Positions 1 through 12,512 of a DNA stretch of 64,000 nucleotides are shown in pieces. Position numbers and translations under genes: made by a program. Positions within the stretch are counted from its first letter, which is position 1. Every line of letters begins with the position of its first letter. Source of the stretch: Spironucleus salmonicida (lineage: Eukaryota); NCBI RefSeq assembly GCF_000497125.1, contig NC_090597.1, forward strand, positions 1,003,797-1,067,796. The letters are read 5' to 3'. The notes beneath the pieces are model-generated. The model saw nothing but the letters and a program-made list of their open reading frames with translations. It made no database searches and had not been told where the DNA came from.

Positions 1-1
1 G

Positions 2-367
2 TAAGCCTTAGATCAGAGCATAGATGGTACATAGATAGTAGAAAGTGAAAGTTCTTACCCAATAATGTAGTCAATGAACAAACCTATCTCTCTCACTACA
101 GGTCATAGAAATAATAAAATTTAGTTAATGCTAGCATTGCTACTTTAGGAAAGCATGTAAGATAAGCTAATGATAAAGTAAGGTTTATTAATATTCTGGT
201 ATACTGTGCTGCAAGGTGAATGCATTTATAGACTCAAGGCTGACTAATGGGACAGATGGGATCTGAATAGAAGTGGTGTCCAAACCTATTACTACATCTT
301 AACTGAACAGTAAGTAGAAACCTGCATATTAGCAGTGGAAAACTAGAATTTAGGATGCTATCAGTGA
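2..367 (+). CDS. 3' end of an unidentified reading frame (5' truncated by window edge)
   Basis: Frame open for 121 codons under table 6 (QALDQSIDG...NLGCYQ*), ending in CAGTGA like many genes here; no recognisable motif. Confidence 0.35.
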
Positions 368-388
368 AAACATACCAACAGAAGAATA

Positions 389-475
389 CGATACCAGCCA
401 AACTTCTGATACCTCGGGAGTATCGAGCATGGATAGTACCACGGGCTCTGGTACGGTTCGGAGTGGCTGGTATTG
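389..475. other. GC-rich three-way-junction stem-loop, candidate structured RNA or 3' element
   Basis: Outer stem CGATACCAGCCA (389-400)/TGGCTGGTATTG (464-475) encloses two 6-bp hairpins with 7-nt loops (407-425 and 436-454). Confidence 0.4.
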
Positions 476-1183
476 CCCAGGCTATTTAGGTGTCAGGCTA
501 GCCGAGAGGAAGTAATGGAAACCATATTAGCCATTTTCACCAATCTTTCAGTTTAGCATATTAGAATGACATAAATATTTTTGAATTTTGCAGCTATGTT
601 AGTCTAAATAGTATTAGAATAAACCATTTACTGCTAACTTGGAAATATGAATTATTTTATTATACTCGAATAATATTGTTAGCTTCGGTCAGCATAAAGT
701 TGGTCTGAGTAGTACTTATGTTTAAATACCCATAGGTCCAGATATTACCAGCAATCGGGTATTTAGTAAACTTACTGCTATTTCTGCAATAACAGGAGTA
801 TTATATAATATATGGATTTTTTCACTTTTAGTTTTTGCAGTATTATATTAGTATGCACAACTATTATTAAACTCAATCTAAAGATTTACGTGTTTTAAAG
901 ATTATAAGTTACTACGCACTTTGCATAAACTATTATAACACCACTCATGCCTATAATAACAATAACATCGCCATTTCTTTTGTTAAATCTACTGCGATTC
1001 ACCTACAACTACTTTAAGTAAATTTTACTAAATTAGACTTATTTGCATAATATCAATTCCTCATTTAATAATAAACGCTATCCATAAAATATTTCACTTC
1101 CACTTCAATAGTGAAAAACACGAAACTGCAATCCTCGGTAATATTCACAGTTATACTGTAGTCATGTTTCCACTTCTATGAAA

Positions 1184-3451
1184 ATGAACAACTAGTGTAC
1201 TTCTACCGATAAAAATTCCTGCAGTGAAGGTACTTTCTGTCCATCAAACGCAGGAACTGAAGCAAAGGATTGCCTAGCCTGCAAATCAGATTGTGCCACC
1301 TGCACAGGATCATCTGCAGAAGCTACAACGTGTTTAACCTGCGCCGATGGTAAGTATCTTAACAGTGGATCCTGCGCAGACTGCGACGCCAAATGCGCAA
1401 CCTGCACAGCAGAGAACACGTGTCAAACCTGCACTAATGGGAACGTTTTAAGCGGAACCACCTGCACCGCCTGCGTTTCAGGGTAGACCATGAAATGTAC
1501 CTGCGGGTCTGCTGAGAACTGCTCTATTTGCGATGTTACTGATCCGACTAAATGCGACGTCTGCGCGAATGGACATTTCATGTCTGGGACTACCTGCACG
1601 GCTTGTAAAGCTAATCAAATGGCTCCGTGTACATGCAGTACCGCTGTTAACTGCGGAACCTGCGCTACTGATACAAGTAAATGCAAAACTTGCATCAACG
1701 GATACGATCCAACCGGGTCCACCCCTTGCGAGAAATGCAAACCTAAGTACTTCGAGGATACTTCTTAAACTCCTAACAAATGCACAGCTTGCTCTGTAAA
1801 CTGTGTAACCTGCTCTTCTAGCACCGTTTGCAGCGCCTGTGAAGATGGATTTTCTATCAAAGATAATAAGTGCATAGCCTGCACTACAAGCTAAACAACT
1901 GCCTGTACTTGCAAGGTTGCCAAAAATTGCTAAACATGTGATACTACCAATACGGGCAAATGTTCAACGTGTATAGGAAACTTTGACAAATCTGGAAGCA
2001 CTGCTTGCGAGAATTGTTTGACAGGATTTTTCAAAGGGGGCGTTTCTGGGAGTGAAATTTGCACAAAATGCCCAGAGACCTGTGCAACGTGCACAGCAGA
2101 AAACACCTGCCAAACGTGTAAAGATGGAAACGTTTTAAGTTAAAATTTGTGTGTGGCCTGCACTGCAAACCAAATGACTGCCTGCACGTGTACGTCTGCC
2201 AAAAACTGCTCAACATGTAATTCTAGTGATATGAAAAAATGTGAAACATGCATCAACAATTTTGACCCCTCTGGAACCACCCCTTGCGAGAAATGCTTGT
2301 CAGGATTTTTCAAGGAAACAAAATCTGCTATCGAGACTTGCACAGCCTGCTCTGAGAACTGTACAGCCTGCTCTTCTAGCACCATTTGCACAGCTTGCAA
2401 GGATGGGTTTTCGCTCGAAAACAACTAGTGTGTAGCCTGCACAGACGAAAACTGCACGACCTGCACAGCTAGCAAAGACGCCTGTACGGCGTGCAAAACT
2501 GACTTTTCGCTGTAAAGCGGTAAATGCGAGAAAACATGCACAGCAGGTGACGGCAGCTGCGCCTCGAACCAAATATGCGACACGATCTGCAAAGACTGCC
2601 CCAGCAACTGTGCCACGTGCAAAGATGCTGTCGACAAGTGCTTGACCTGCGATCCCGGATTCATTTTAGCAGGTGATAAATGTGAAACGTGCTCTGCTGG
2701 CTGCGCGAACTGCGTCGACAATAAAGACATCTGCAAGGTTTGCAAGGACGACTTTTTCGCCACGGATAAAACCTGCACAGCTTGTACTGCAAACACCACA
2801 GAGCAGTGCACGTGCGGTGCAGCTACTAACTGCGCTACCTGCGATTCTTCCGATAAAGGTAAGTGCGCCACCTGCATTACCGGTTACAAAAAGGCCACAA
2901 ATGAAACCTGCTCCGCCTGCGCCGACGGCTATCTGATGATCGGAATGGCCTGCTAGAAATGCGAGGCCACGTGCGCCACGTGCTCCGAAAGCCTCGAAAA
3001 GTGCGATACCTGCGCCACTTAGCACACCATGAGCATCAATTAAACATGCGAGAAGAATTGCACGACTTAACTGACAGATAACTAGGCCTGCATTGCCGAC
3101 CAGCCTATGGACTGCGGGAGCAGCAGCCAGGTAACTGCGTGTAAATGTAGTAATACTGCAAACTGCCTCTAATGCGATAGTTCGGATGCTGTAAAGTGCG
3201 CGTCCTGCATGCCAGGCTACAAATTAGTAAATCAGCAGTGCTCCACCTGCGCAGATGGGGCCACCCCCGTGGGCTCGTTCTGCTTCCTACAAGGCGACAC
3301 GCTCAGCACCAACCTCTCCAGCGGCGCCGTTGCGGGCATCGTCATAGCCGTCCTGGTCGTTGCTGGGGGAGTCGCCGGTGCCGCTTTCTGGTACATGAAG
3401 AAGTCCAAGGCCAACTAGGAGGTGGAGAAGCAGAACTTCAACATGCAGTGA
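1184..3451 (+). CDS. Cysteine-rich membrane protein (CRMP2-type, VSP/HCMP-like), 755 aa
   Basis: AAAATG start (alternative ATG 1178); track ORFs 1490, 2147, 2642 and 3209 share this frame and join via TAA/TAG=Gln; CxxC/CxC repeats; [29 protein letters not shown]; tail MKKSKANQEVEKQNFNMQ; stop CAGTGA. Confidence 0.92.
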
Positions 3452-5048
3452 GAATTTACATTGAATTGGAGTATATGGATGGCAAGGTGGACTGCGAGTG
3501 GGAACTATTTCAGATAGACAAATTACAAATTAGTACTATATTTCTGAACCGAGTTAGATTTTGTTTAAAACGATGGAAAATATGCTTCTATGGGTGATGA
3601 AGCACTATCTGCACCAACCTGATATTGTAAATAGTATAATTTAGTAATAGCCAATATAACTAATTCTGTAAATTCAATAAGGTGTGTGATTTGCACTTAT
3701 ATTTAGCAGCACAAAAATAAAAAGTGAAATTATATTTTTTGCTCAATTAGTAACGCTAGGTCTGGTTTTGAAAAACTTGGAAGCAGTTTCGATAGCTCCT
3801 ATATGAAATAGAGCTCTAGATATATTATTAGCAGAAATCAGTCAGCAGCAAGTCACCATTCAGCCCAACCAAATTTGCGTGAGTATTTTAAAAGATCAAC
3901 CCTTTATACTTCGCGTTGCGAAATATAAAATAACTAATATTTTTAAAACCATTAAATTAACTTTACACAGGTCTGAATGGTGCTTGCTAGTATAAAATAT
4001 TACAGAATTATAATTTTGAGAAAGCGTTTGTTTCTCCTTACCGTAAACATATATTTGATTTACATTTCATTCTGCATTTTTTAGAGATTAAAAAATACCT
4101 TGTCAAGGCGCGTCGCGGTAGCATTCAAATTCGAATATTGTGTATTTCGAGAGTATAGTTTAATTTGGCGCCATAATCAAATCAGGCATCTCTTAGAAAT
4201 ACAAAAAGGTAATTATTTCAAAATAAGTTAAATTCAGTCTTAAGTCGTTATGCTTGCTTTTAGGCGTCACATTTTCCGATGGAAAATCATCTTAAAAATA
4301 TTTATAGCAAATATAAGAACCGCCGAATATCTGGCCGTGCAAAAAGGTGATAGTAAAAATGTAAAACAGCAACTAAATGGCATCTCCATATTTCACGCAC
4401 ATACTTTTTAATCTTTTTAAGTAACTATTTTGAGCTTCTTCATTCTAGCACGCTTTCTAACCCTCATTTAAGAAACGTTAACTACTGTAATAGTAGAAAG
4501 TAATACGTACTAAAAGCAAATTTCCGTTGGCTTTAGTTTCAGTACCGCCAATCCATTTTTAAGATAGCGATGCAATCATAACTTGTCTCATTGATTTTTA
4601 AACTAGAGCCAAGAAAAAGTTGTCTTTAGTCTTGGTTACTTACTACTAGAGTTTATTATAAATACTGATTTTCCTGAGAAATTAACATGTAGTAATGAAT
4701 ATAATATCAATTACTTATTTATTTCAATATTTGGAAATATGTGAACAAACATATTGAATATGAATAGAAACTCAAGTAATGTATTAAGCTTTTATAATTT
4801 TAGCATACTACCTATGATACTGTATAATATTCCGAGTTTACAATTTAATTAATATTTAAACGCATTCAATAATTTTTTGAAATATATGTTAGATCTACAT
4901 ATAAATTGATAAAAGAATAAATGATCGCAGTTTTTTTTAAATACAATAATATGGATTTGTTTATAATTAAATCATTATTTTTTAAATCAATAATATAAAA
5001 CTCAATATATATAATATTATACATATGTAAAAATATCTCAAACATAAA

Positions 5049-5924
5049 ATGACAGAAAGTGGTAAGTGTAAAGATGGCGATAATAAGTGCAAAATAGATA
5101 CGTATTGCCCTACTAGCGAGGATAATATCGTTGATTGTAAGTCTTGTGCTGATAATTTAATTAATTTTAGGTATGGTTGTAATTGTATAGATAATGTATC
5201 GACTTAACGTTGTTAATTGTGTAAAGATGGAACATGTTCTGTTTGCATAGCTAACTATTTCTTAACCAGTACAAAAACATGCGAGATATGCGACAGCAAC
5301 TGTAAATCTTGTGAAGGAAAGGAAACCGAATGCACTGAGTGCAAACCTGGATTTATTTTAGAGACAACATCTAAAACATGTGTAAAATCGTGTTCTAATC
5401 ATAAAGACTGTAATGCTTAGCATCTTGGATATTGTGATTTCTCTGTTAAACATTGCAAGCCTTGCTAAGAAGACTGTAGCTTCTGCACATCTGCTATCTT
5501 TTGCTTAGAATGCGAAGGACACAAAGCAAAACCTGTTACCACTATCGATGGAAAATGTATTGCAGAGTGTGCTGGTATTGCTGATGGGCAATTCTGCTAG
5601 GATGGCACTTCAACTTCTTGCAGTGCTTCATCTACTTCTTAGTGCAAATGTGCAAATATGTTTAGATGCGCTACATGTAATGATAATAAAACCTAATGTG
5701 CAACATGTTTAGCAGGATATGCTATTAATACTGAGGGTAATTGTACTGACTGTGCATATGGCTATGAACCAGTTGCAGCAATCTGTTTACCATTATCATC
5801 CTCTGGTGAAGGTTCTAATTTTTCAGGAGGGGCTGTAGCTGGAATTGTAGTAGCAGTATTGATTGTGGTGGGAGCAGTTGGTGGTGGTTTAGCTTATTAT
5901 TTTGTCAAGAAGGCCAAGAAGTGA
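5049..5924 (+). CDS. CRMP1: Cysteine-rich membrane protein with KKAKK tail, 291 aa
   Basis: MTESGKCKDGDNKC...; CxxC repeats; [29 protein letters not shown] then KKAKK*, matching the [KR][KR]x[KR][KR] tail of Spironucleus CRMP1; stop AAGTGA. Confidence 0.92.
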
Positions 5925-7007
5925 TAGCTATTTTCCAGGTAATAGGATAATAGTAGGAATATTTTAAAATTTAATCTTATCCTTTTTGTTCAATTTATAT
6001 CGTTTCCAAGCTATTTATCCTTAATAGTGTATTAAGTCATTTCGTTAAATCTGAGTTTGATAAAGAATTTCAAAATATTAGCACATTTCGGTGGATGTAA
6101 TTTAAAATTATTTTGAACATTAATAAATATGATTAAAAACAAAGCACAATGAAATAAGTAGTTAATTAGAATTAATTTTAAAGCATCTTATGCATTTTTA
6201 CCATTCCATAAATTTATTGTTTTGAAGTTTTTAACTATAATAGTAAAAATACCTAATTTTATAAAATATCCGTCTAGATTAAATTTACATTATTAAATGC
6301 TCAGTTTCCGTCAAATATGACTTTTAATACTTAAGTTGATTGATTAACTTCAGCAAATAAGTTTTAAATAAAAAGTGTATCAAAGACGGTTTATGTTTAG
6401 TATTACTAAAAAAGTAAAATTATTAATATTAACTTTATTAAGAAAAACTTATAGTGTGAATTTTTATAGCTAAAGGTTAAATAATTTTAATTTCAGATAG
6501 CAATTTTTATATTAATTCAGTAGTATCAATCATTGAGCACTGTATGAAGTTTATTTGAACATTTTTTAAAATATCAAATATTTTATAATTCGTGTTGCGA
6601 CTATAAATAATTAAGTTTTTCTAAAACCACTAAACATAATTTCATTTGGAAATTAATAGAATCTATCTACTAGTAGAAGGAACCCCGAATAAGGTAAACA
6701 ATTGGTTGTTCCAGTGCATAAAAAATTAAAAATGGCCATCCAGAAAGGGGACCATAATTTTATGAACACAAAATATCTAACTTTTTAGAAAACCATCTCA
6801 GATAATAATTTAACTTACTCGAAGTCAAATACCATGATTCCTGATAGGAATAGATCAATGGGGTAGACCACGACAACGAAGAGCATATAAAATCATTCTT
6901 CCATTAATCGAAAAAATAGTATCTCTCGCTTACTACTGAGTTTAAAAAAATTAAAAAATTATTATAGTAATAAAAAATAAAATTTATTACTAATTTTAAA
7001 AATAGAT

Positions 7008-7547
7008 TCACATCCCACACCATGTCAACGTTTTAGATAATATCTAAAATGGATTCTCAAGTAATTTAATGAGATCCTTTCGTTTATTATTTTTCAAAAC
7101 CCTATTAATTAATTCTTATAAGTAAATCTTACATAACTTAGATGAAGTTGATTAGTTCTCTTACAGAATCGTGTCTAAAATAGCTATCGTGTTGTACAGT
7201 CTAACGTCGCCCTATTTCTTGCCTTTAAAATAATACTCTGATAACGCTACAACTTATTCCACCATGTCATACAATAGTCTGCCTGTTAATTGTAACGAAA
7301 TATATCCTGCCATTAATATTTTACTATAATGACCAAACTTAGCATTGTTACTATCCTCTTCAAACGTTAATAAAGATGATTGCATGCTATTATAATTAGC
7401 CTAACTGAAGTTTAGTTTACTCGAGTCAGTATTCTTGATAACCTCATTTGAGTAGTCCTCTAAGGTATCTTACTTTTATAGAGCCTGTATCGCTTCTTTG
7501 TAACTTGGTTTTGTTTCATGATCCTTTACTACTGCTTATCGATCCAT
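7008..7547 (-). CDS. Hypothetical protein, 179 aa
   Basis: AAAATG start; frame open to TGA under table 6 (MDRQAVVKDHETKPSY...KTLTWCGM*); no motif recognised. Confidence 0.55.
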
Positions 7548-7843
7548 TTTATTTATTAAAAAAAATTATATTATATTCAGAAATATAATTCTCTTGAAGC
7601 TGGTTCGATATTTTAAATAGCTTTAACTTCAGATTTAGTTAATAAATATTATATTTATTTATAGTATTATCCAAACTTGCATGTTTCAATCTTATTAATT
7701 ATTATATACTTACTATAATCTTGCTTAGTTTTAAGTACATCAGGTACATGATAATAATTCTATTGTTCAAGTTGTTAGGGCATTGTGTCTACTACTTCTT
7801 TATCTTTATTAAGTAATCTTAGTAGTAAGTAGCCCGTCGTAAA

Positions 7844-7977
7844 AGCATGAACCCGGACTCGCCAGTTTCAAAACCGACAAATACATTTTTATGACCGCGT
7901 TGCGATTATAACCATGACTTGCGGTTTTTTTAAACCGAAGCAGATTGAACCATACTTTTAGTACGGATTACATACTA
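7844..7977 (+). repeat. ~133-bp repeat, copy A (inverted partner of 11018-11150)
   Basis: AGCATGAACCCG...ATGACCGCGTTGCGATTATAACCATGACTTGC...GAACCATACTTTTAG aligns to the reverse complement of 11018-11150 at roughly 85% identity by hand. Confidence 0.85.
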
Positions 7978-8158
7978 TTATTTGTAAATATAATTATCTA
8001 TACTAATATAATCTATTTTTGTATAAGTATATCAAATTCGTGTTTTAATAATTAAGTATTACTACTATAAATTAATAATACTGTTATTTAAAAACTAAAA
8101 TCCATATCATCATTTACAGCAAGTTTACTAATATATTTCGAAGTTCGATTTTCAGAAA

Positions 8159-9898
8159 ATGACAGAAACAGGGAATTGCTCAAATAAAGTCTTCACCTGC
8201 AAGGCTGGAAATTTCTGCCCTGCAAATAGCTCAACGATCGTAAAATGTCAGCCATGCTCGGAAACTATGGTATATGGATAAAGTTGTTACTGCTAAGACA
8301 GCAAACCCATAGACAACTGCCAAGAATGTGCGGGCAATCGCTGCTCTAAATGCCTGTCTTAGACATTTTTATAAAATGGTAAATGCCTAGACTGTCCTCC
8401 TTACTGCGATACCTGTGCAGACACAAATTCTTGCATTACGTGCACCGAAGGTTACGAAAAGAATCCATATACCGGTATTTGTGAATTATTCTGTAAAAGT
8501 GAAGATGAGTGTCTGCGCATCGGAGAAGAGTTTGGGGAACCTGCTACATCAATGGCTTAAACTTGCATTCCGAATTGCTTAGTATGCTTTACAACCACAA
8601 CTTGCGAGTTCTGCAATCCTAGTGGGTTTATCAGTACACTATCAGGGCAATGCACTAGCAAATGCGTAAATATTTAAAACGGAAATTACTGTGACAACGG
8701 TACTGCAAAGCCTTGCGATGAAAATCTGACGTCAGAATGCAAATGTGGCCGTGCGGACTTTTGTGCTTCTTGTAATCAAGCTGGTACCTAGTGTAAAAAG
8801 TGTTTGCCGCATATGAAATTTAACAAAACTGGCGAATGTGACGGTTGTGAGGACGGATTTGCTCTCGAAAGCAGCTAGTGCATACCCTGCACAGACGAAA
8901 ATTGCAAGACTTGTCCAGCTAAAAAAAATATCTGTACGGGGTGCAAAAATAACTTTATGGTGTAAAACGGAAAATGTGAAAAGCAATGCACCACCATTGC
9001 CAACTGCACGGCCAGCCAAATTTGTGACAAAATCTGCAAAACCTGCACAGGCAACTGTGCCACGTGCAAGGACGCCGTCGACACCTGTATGACCTGCAAA
9101 TCTGGATTTATCTTGGAAAACTAAAAATGTGCAGCCTGTCCCAGCGACTGCGCGAACTGCGACGGCGATAAAAATGATTGTAAAATTTGTAAAGAAGGCT
9201 TTTTCGCCAAAGATAAAATCTGCAATACTTGTGATGGAAACACGACCGAAAAGTGCAAGTGCAGGAATGCAGTAAATTGTGCTACCTGCGATTCTTCTGA
9301 TATAGGAAAGTGCGGAAACTGCATCACCAGCTACAAAAAGGCATCCGATGAAACGTGCTCCACCTGCGTTGATGGCTATTTGATGGTCGGAATGGTCTGC
9401 AAGAAATGTGAGTAAACGTGCGCCACATGCTCATAAAGCATCTAAAAATGCACCAGCTGCATCGATTCGCACACCATGAGCATCAATTAAACGTGCGAGA
9501 AGGATTGCATGGATGCACTAACAGATGGGAATACGTGCACTGACGAGAAGACTGTGGATTGTGGTGGAAATGATCAGATAACTGCGTGCAAATGTAAAGA
9601 TGCTGCAAACTGCCTCAAATGTGATAGTTCGGATAATAAAAAATGTGAATCCTGTATGACAGGCTACAAATTTGTGAATTAACAGTGCGACAGCTGCATA
9701 GACGGGTACACTGCTGTTGGAAAGTTGTGCTTCCCATAGGACGATACGCTCAGTACCAACCTTTCTGGCGGAGCTGTTGCAGGCATTGTTATCGCAGTTC
9801 TGATCGTGGTTGGAGGAGTTGCTGGTGGCGCTTTCTGGTACATGAAGAAGTCCAAAGTTAATTAGGAAATAGAGAAGTAGAATTTTAGCAGGTAGTGA
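8159..9898 (+). CDS. Cysteine-rich membrane protein (CRMP2-type, mosaic), 579 aa
   Basis: MTETGNCSNKVFTC...; continuous CxxC frame under table 6; [29 protein letters not shown]; tail MKKSKVNQEIEKQNFSRQ; stop TAGTGA. Confidence 0.92.
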
Positions 9899-9959
9899 TA
9901 ATTTACTTGGTATCAGGGTTTATGGGCAGTAAGGTGGAGATTCGAGTGGAAAGTATTCT

Positions 9960-11010
9960 ATCGTTTCGATACGAGGGAGCATCATCTATGGTAAATTGAA
10001 CTCTCCATTAATTCTTTCAGCAAAGGTAACATCTTCTATATTAAATTAATAATAGTCAATTACTTATTCATTGACTAAAGCATTTGAATCTAATTAATTA
10101 ATTTTAGTAATTATGTCATTAAATTATCTAATTCTTTTCTATGAGATAACTCCTTAAACCCTATCGTTTAGATTATTGATCATCTCATTGTACTTTTCTG
10201 TTTTAGTTCTTAATAATTTAATCTACTTGTTTTTATATACAGATGAGATTTATTTTTCTAGTATGAGTGATATTTAATTATTGTTCTACTTTATTTAATC
10301 TTTTAAAATAGATATATGTTTGTAATCTTTTTAATATTTATTCTCTTAACCTATTTTAATTTTATCTGATTGTTATTACGATCTGATCTTTCTAATCTTA
10401 CTAATATCTTGTTTCAATAGTTTAGTTTAAGAATCATTTAAATTATCTTTTGTTATTTCAAATAATTTATTCTTCAATAATTTAATATGATGAAGCTATA
10501 CTTTATATTGCTATTATCTTTAGTAATACTATTAAAGAGATATCTCTCTTGAAGTATTGTTATATAACTTGCTACAATTTTTGTAGAATACATTTGATGT
10601 TTAATTATACAAGCGTTGTGTGGTTGTGTTCCATTTTACATAAACATAAAAAATGGTTTTCAAAATTACTATTTTATGTATTTACTTTCTTGAATGTGAC
10701 ATCTTAATTATGCTCTATAAAGAATGAAGTCAAATTTGGTATTGAGAAGTTATCCCATGTTGTTGAGCTTGTTGACATCTTACTCTATGAGCTTATCTGA
10801 TTAAAAACACCTCTAGTTTGTCTCATAGGATGCTTAATTCGAATTCTGACCTAACGCTACCCGGCCCTCTTACAATCTCTAGAACGATCGCTTTCCCCCC
10901 TGGCCGGTTGAAATGTTATTTTGTTAAGTTATTCTGTTTCTATTTTATAATTTAATCTCTATGTTTGTTGATCATTTATTAGTCAAATTTGCCTTTGATC
11001 GTATTCATAT
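9960..11010 (-). pseudogene. Decayed A-rich coding-like sequence next to repeat copy B
   Basis: Interrupted minus-strand frames, e.g. MRQTRGVFNQISSQ...IIEEQII* (~120 aa) and a later helical stretch EKYNEMINNLNDRVQGVISQKRIRQF, separated by stops and shifts; limits approximate. Confidence 0.3.
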
Positions 11011-11017
11011 AATGGGG

Positions 11018-11150
11018 TAGTAAGTAATACGTTCTAAAAGTATGGTTCAGTCGATTTCGGTTAAAAAAACGGCAAGTCATGGTTATGATCGCAACACGGT
11101 CATAAAAAATGACTTTGACGGTTTTAAACTAGAGACTACGGGTTCATGCT
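11018..11150 (-). repeat. ~133-bp repeat, copy B (inverted partner of 7844-7977)
   Basis: Reverse complement reads AGCATGAACCCGTAGTCTCTAGTTTAAAACCG...ATGACCGTGTTGCGATCATAACCATGACTTGC...GAACCATACTTTTAG. Confidence 0.85.
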
Positions 11151-12512
11151 GTTAGTAATAGTTACTTAATTCTATAATAATAAATTATTGAAAAATTAAA
11201 TCTTAATAATAGAAACTAGCTTATTAAAGTGAATATAATAATATTTGATGCACGATTATTATATATTACTTAAATTATATATTATAATATATTTTAGTTA
11301 TGTAATTTATTAATTAAATATGAAATTAAATGGTTTATGATAATGATTTAATTATTTATTAACCAAAACAAACTATTTTTACAATTATCTAAATTAAAAA
11401 TAATAGTAATTTAAATTTCATTTAAAAGATATTTATTGTACTGGTTAATCGTAGAAAAAATATTGTTGAATGAGGATTATAATAACTAATATTTGTAACG
11501 TATTGATGTATATATTCTAATTGTAAGTTATCAAGATAGTTGCTGTTATGATTTACAAATATTAATATATTAACATTAAAACACATGAATGTTTCAAATA
11601 AATGTTACTGTTTGATAATATTTAATGATAATACATATTTGGTATAAGTAATCTCATATAATATATACTCGATTTAAATATTATAACAAATCTACCATTC
11701 ATAGAATGAGCTTTGATTGCAAAGTTTATGCTTAAATTTTAAGTATATGTTTGTAATACTTATATATTTTATTAACATTTATCATCATATAAAATGATGG
11801 ATTACAAATAAAAATTATTTCAAATATAATGAAATCTACACTTCTATGTAATTCATATTTGGTTATAAACATCTTAAAATTATAGTTAAAACCTAAACAG
11901 CATGTACACCTAGACTCAATACAGAACTAAATTATAAATTTTATAAATTTTATATTTTTAAATTTAAAATATTAACATATGTCTTTATATACATAATAAT
12001 CGTATGATATCTGGATTTTATTATCAGTTTAAGTAATAAATATAGCTTTTAATAATATATATTGTTATTATATTTAATATATATATTTATATAAAATAGC
12101 TTATTATTAAAAATTATCCTAGAGGAATAATATTATAATAAACATAATAAATAAATAAAAATATAAAATAATAGTTATATTTATATTATATATAAAAACT
12201 TATTACATAATATTGATAATAAGTTATGATTGTTAATAAATAAAACAAAATAGATGAAAATTATTATTATAATGAAATATATTTATACTTATAATTTAAC
12301 GTATTATTTAACTTTTAAAAAACATAAAAATTAACAGTATATGAGATTTATATTGATATTAATGAAGAACTACTTTTTATTGTTTTTATTATTTTATATT
12401 ATTACTGTTAGAGTAGTTAATCCAAGTTAACCGTCTATCACAAAAAGCGAAACCATTTAATCCTAATTATTTATGAATTAAAGCACTTATCGTAAAATTT
12501 TATTAACTAAAA

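Noticed and set aside
1192-3414. Many minus-strand and off-frame track ORFs rich in Q/V/A/H over the CRMP genes (also near 8.7-9.3, 28-29.8 and 31 kb)
   Set aside because: Antisense or alternative-frame shadows of Cys/Thr-rich codons; the real frame is continuous under table 6.
6560-6900. Open minus-strand frame of about 110 codons
   Set aside because: No clear start or motif; frames of this length arise by chance when TGA is the only stop.
8125-8156. ACTAA...TTTTCAG just before the CRMP start as a possible 3' splice site
   Set aside because: Spacing does not fit the fused branch point-AG motif of diplomonad introns, and other CRMP starts lack it.
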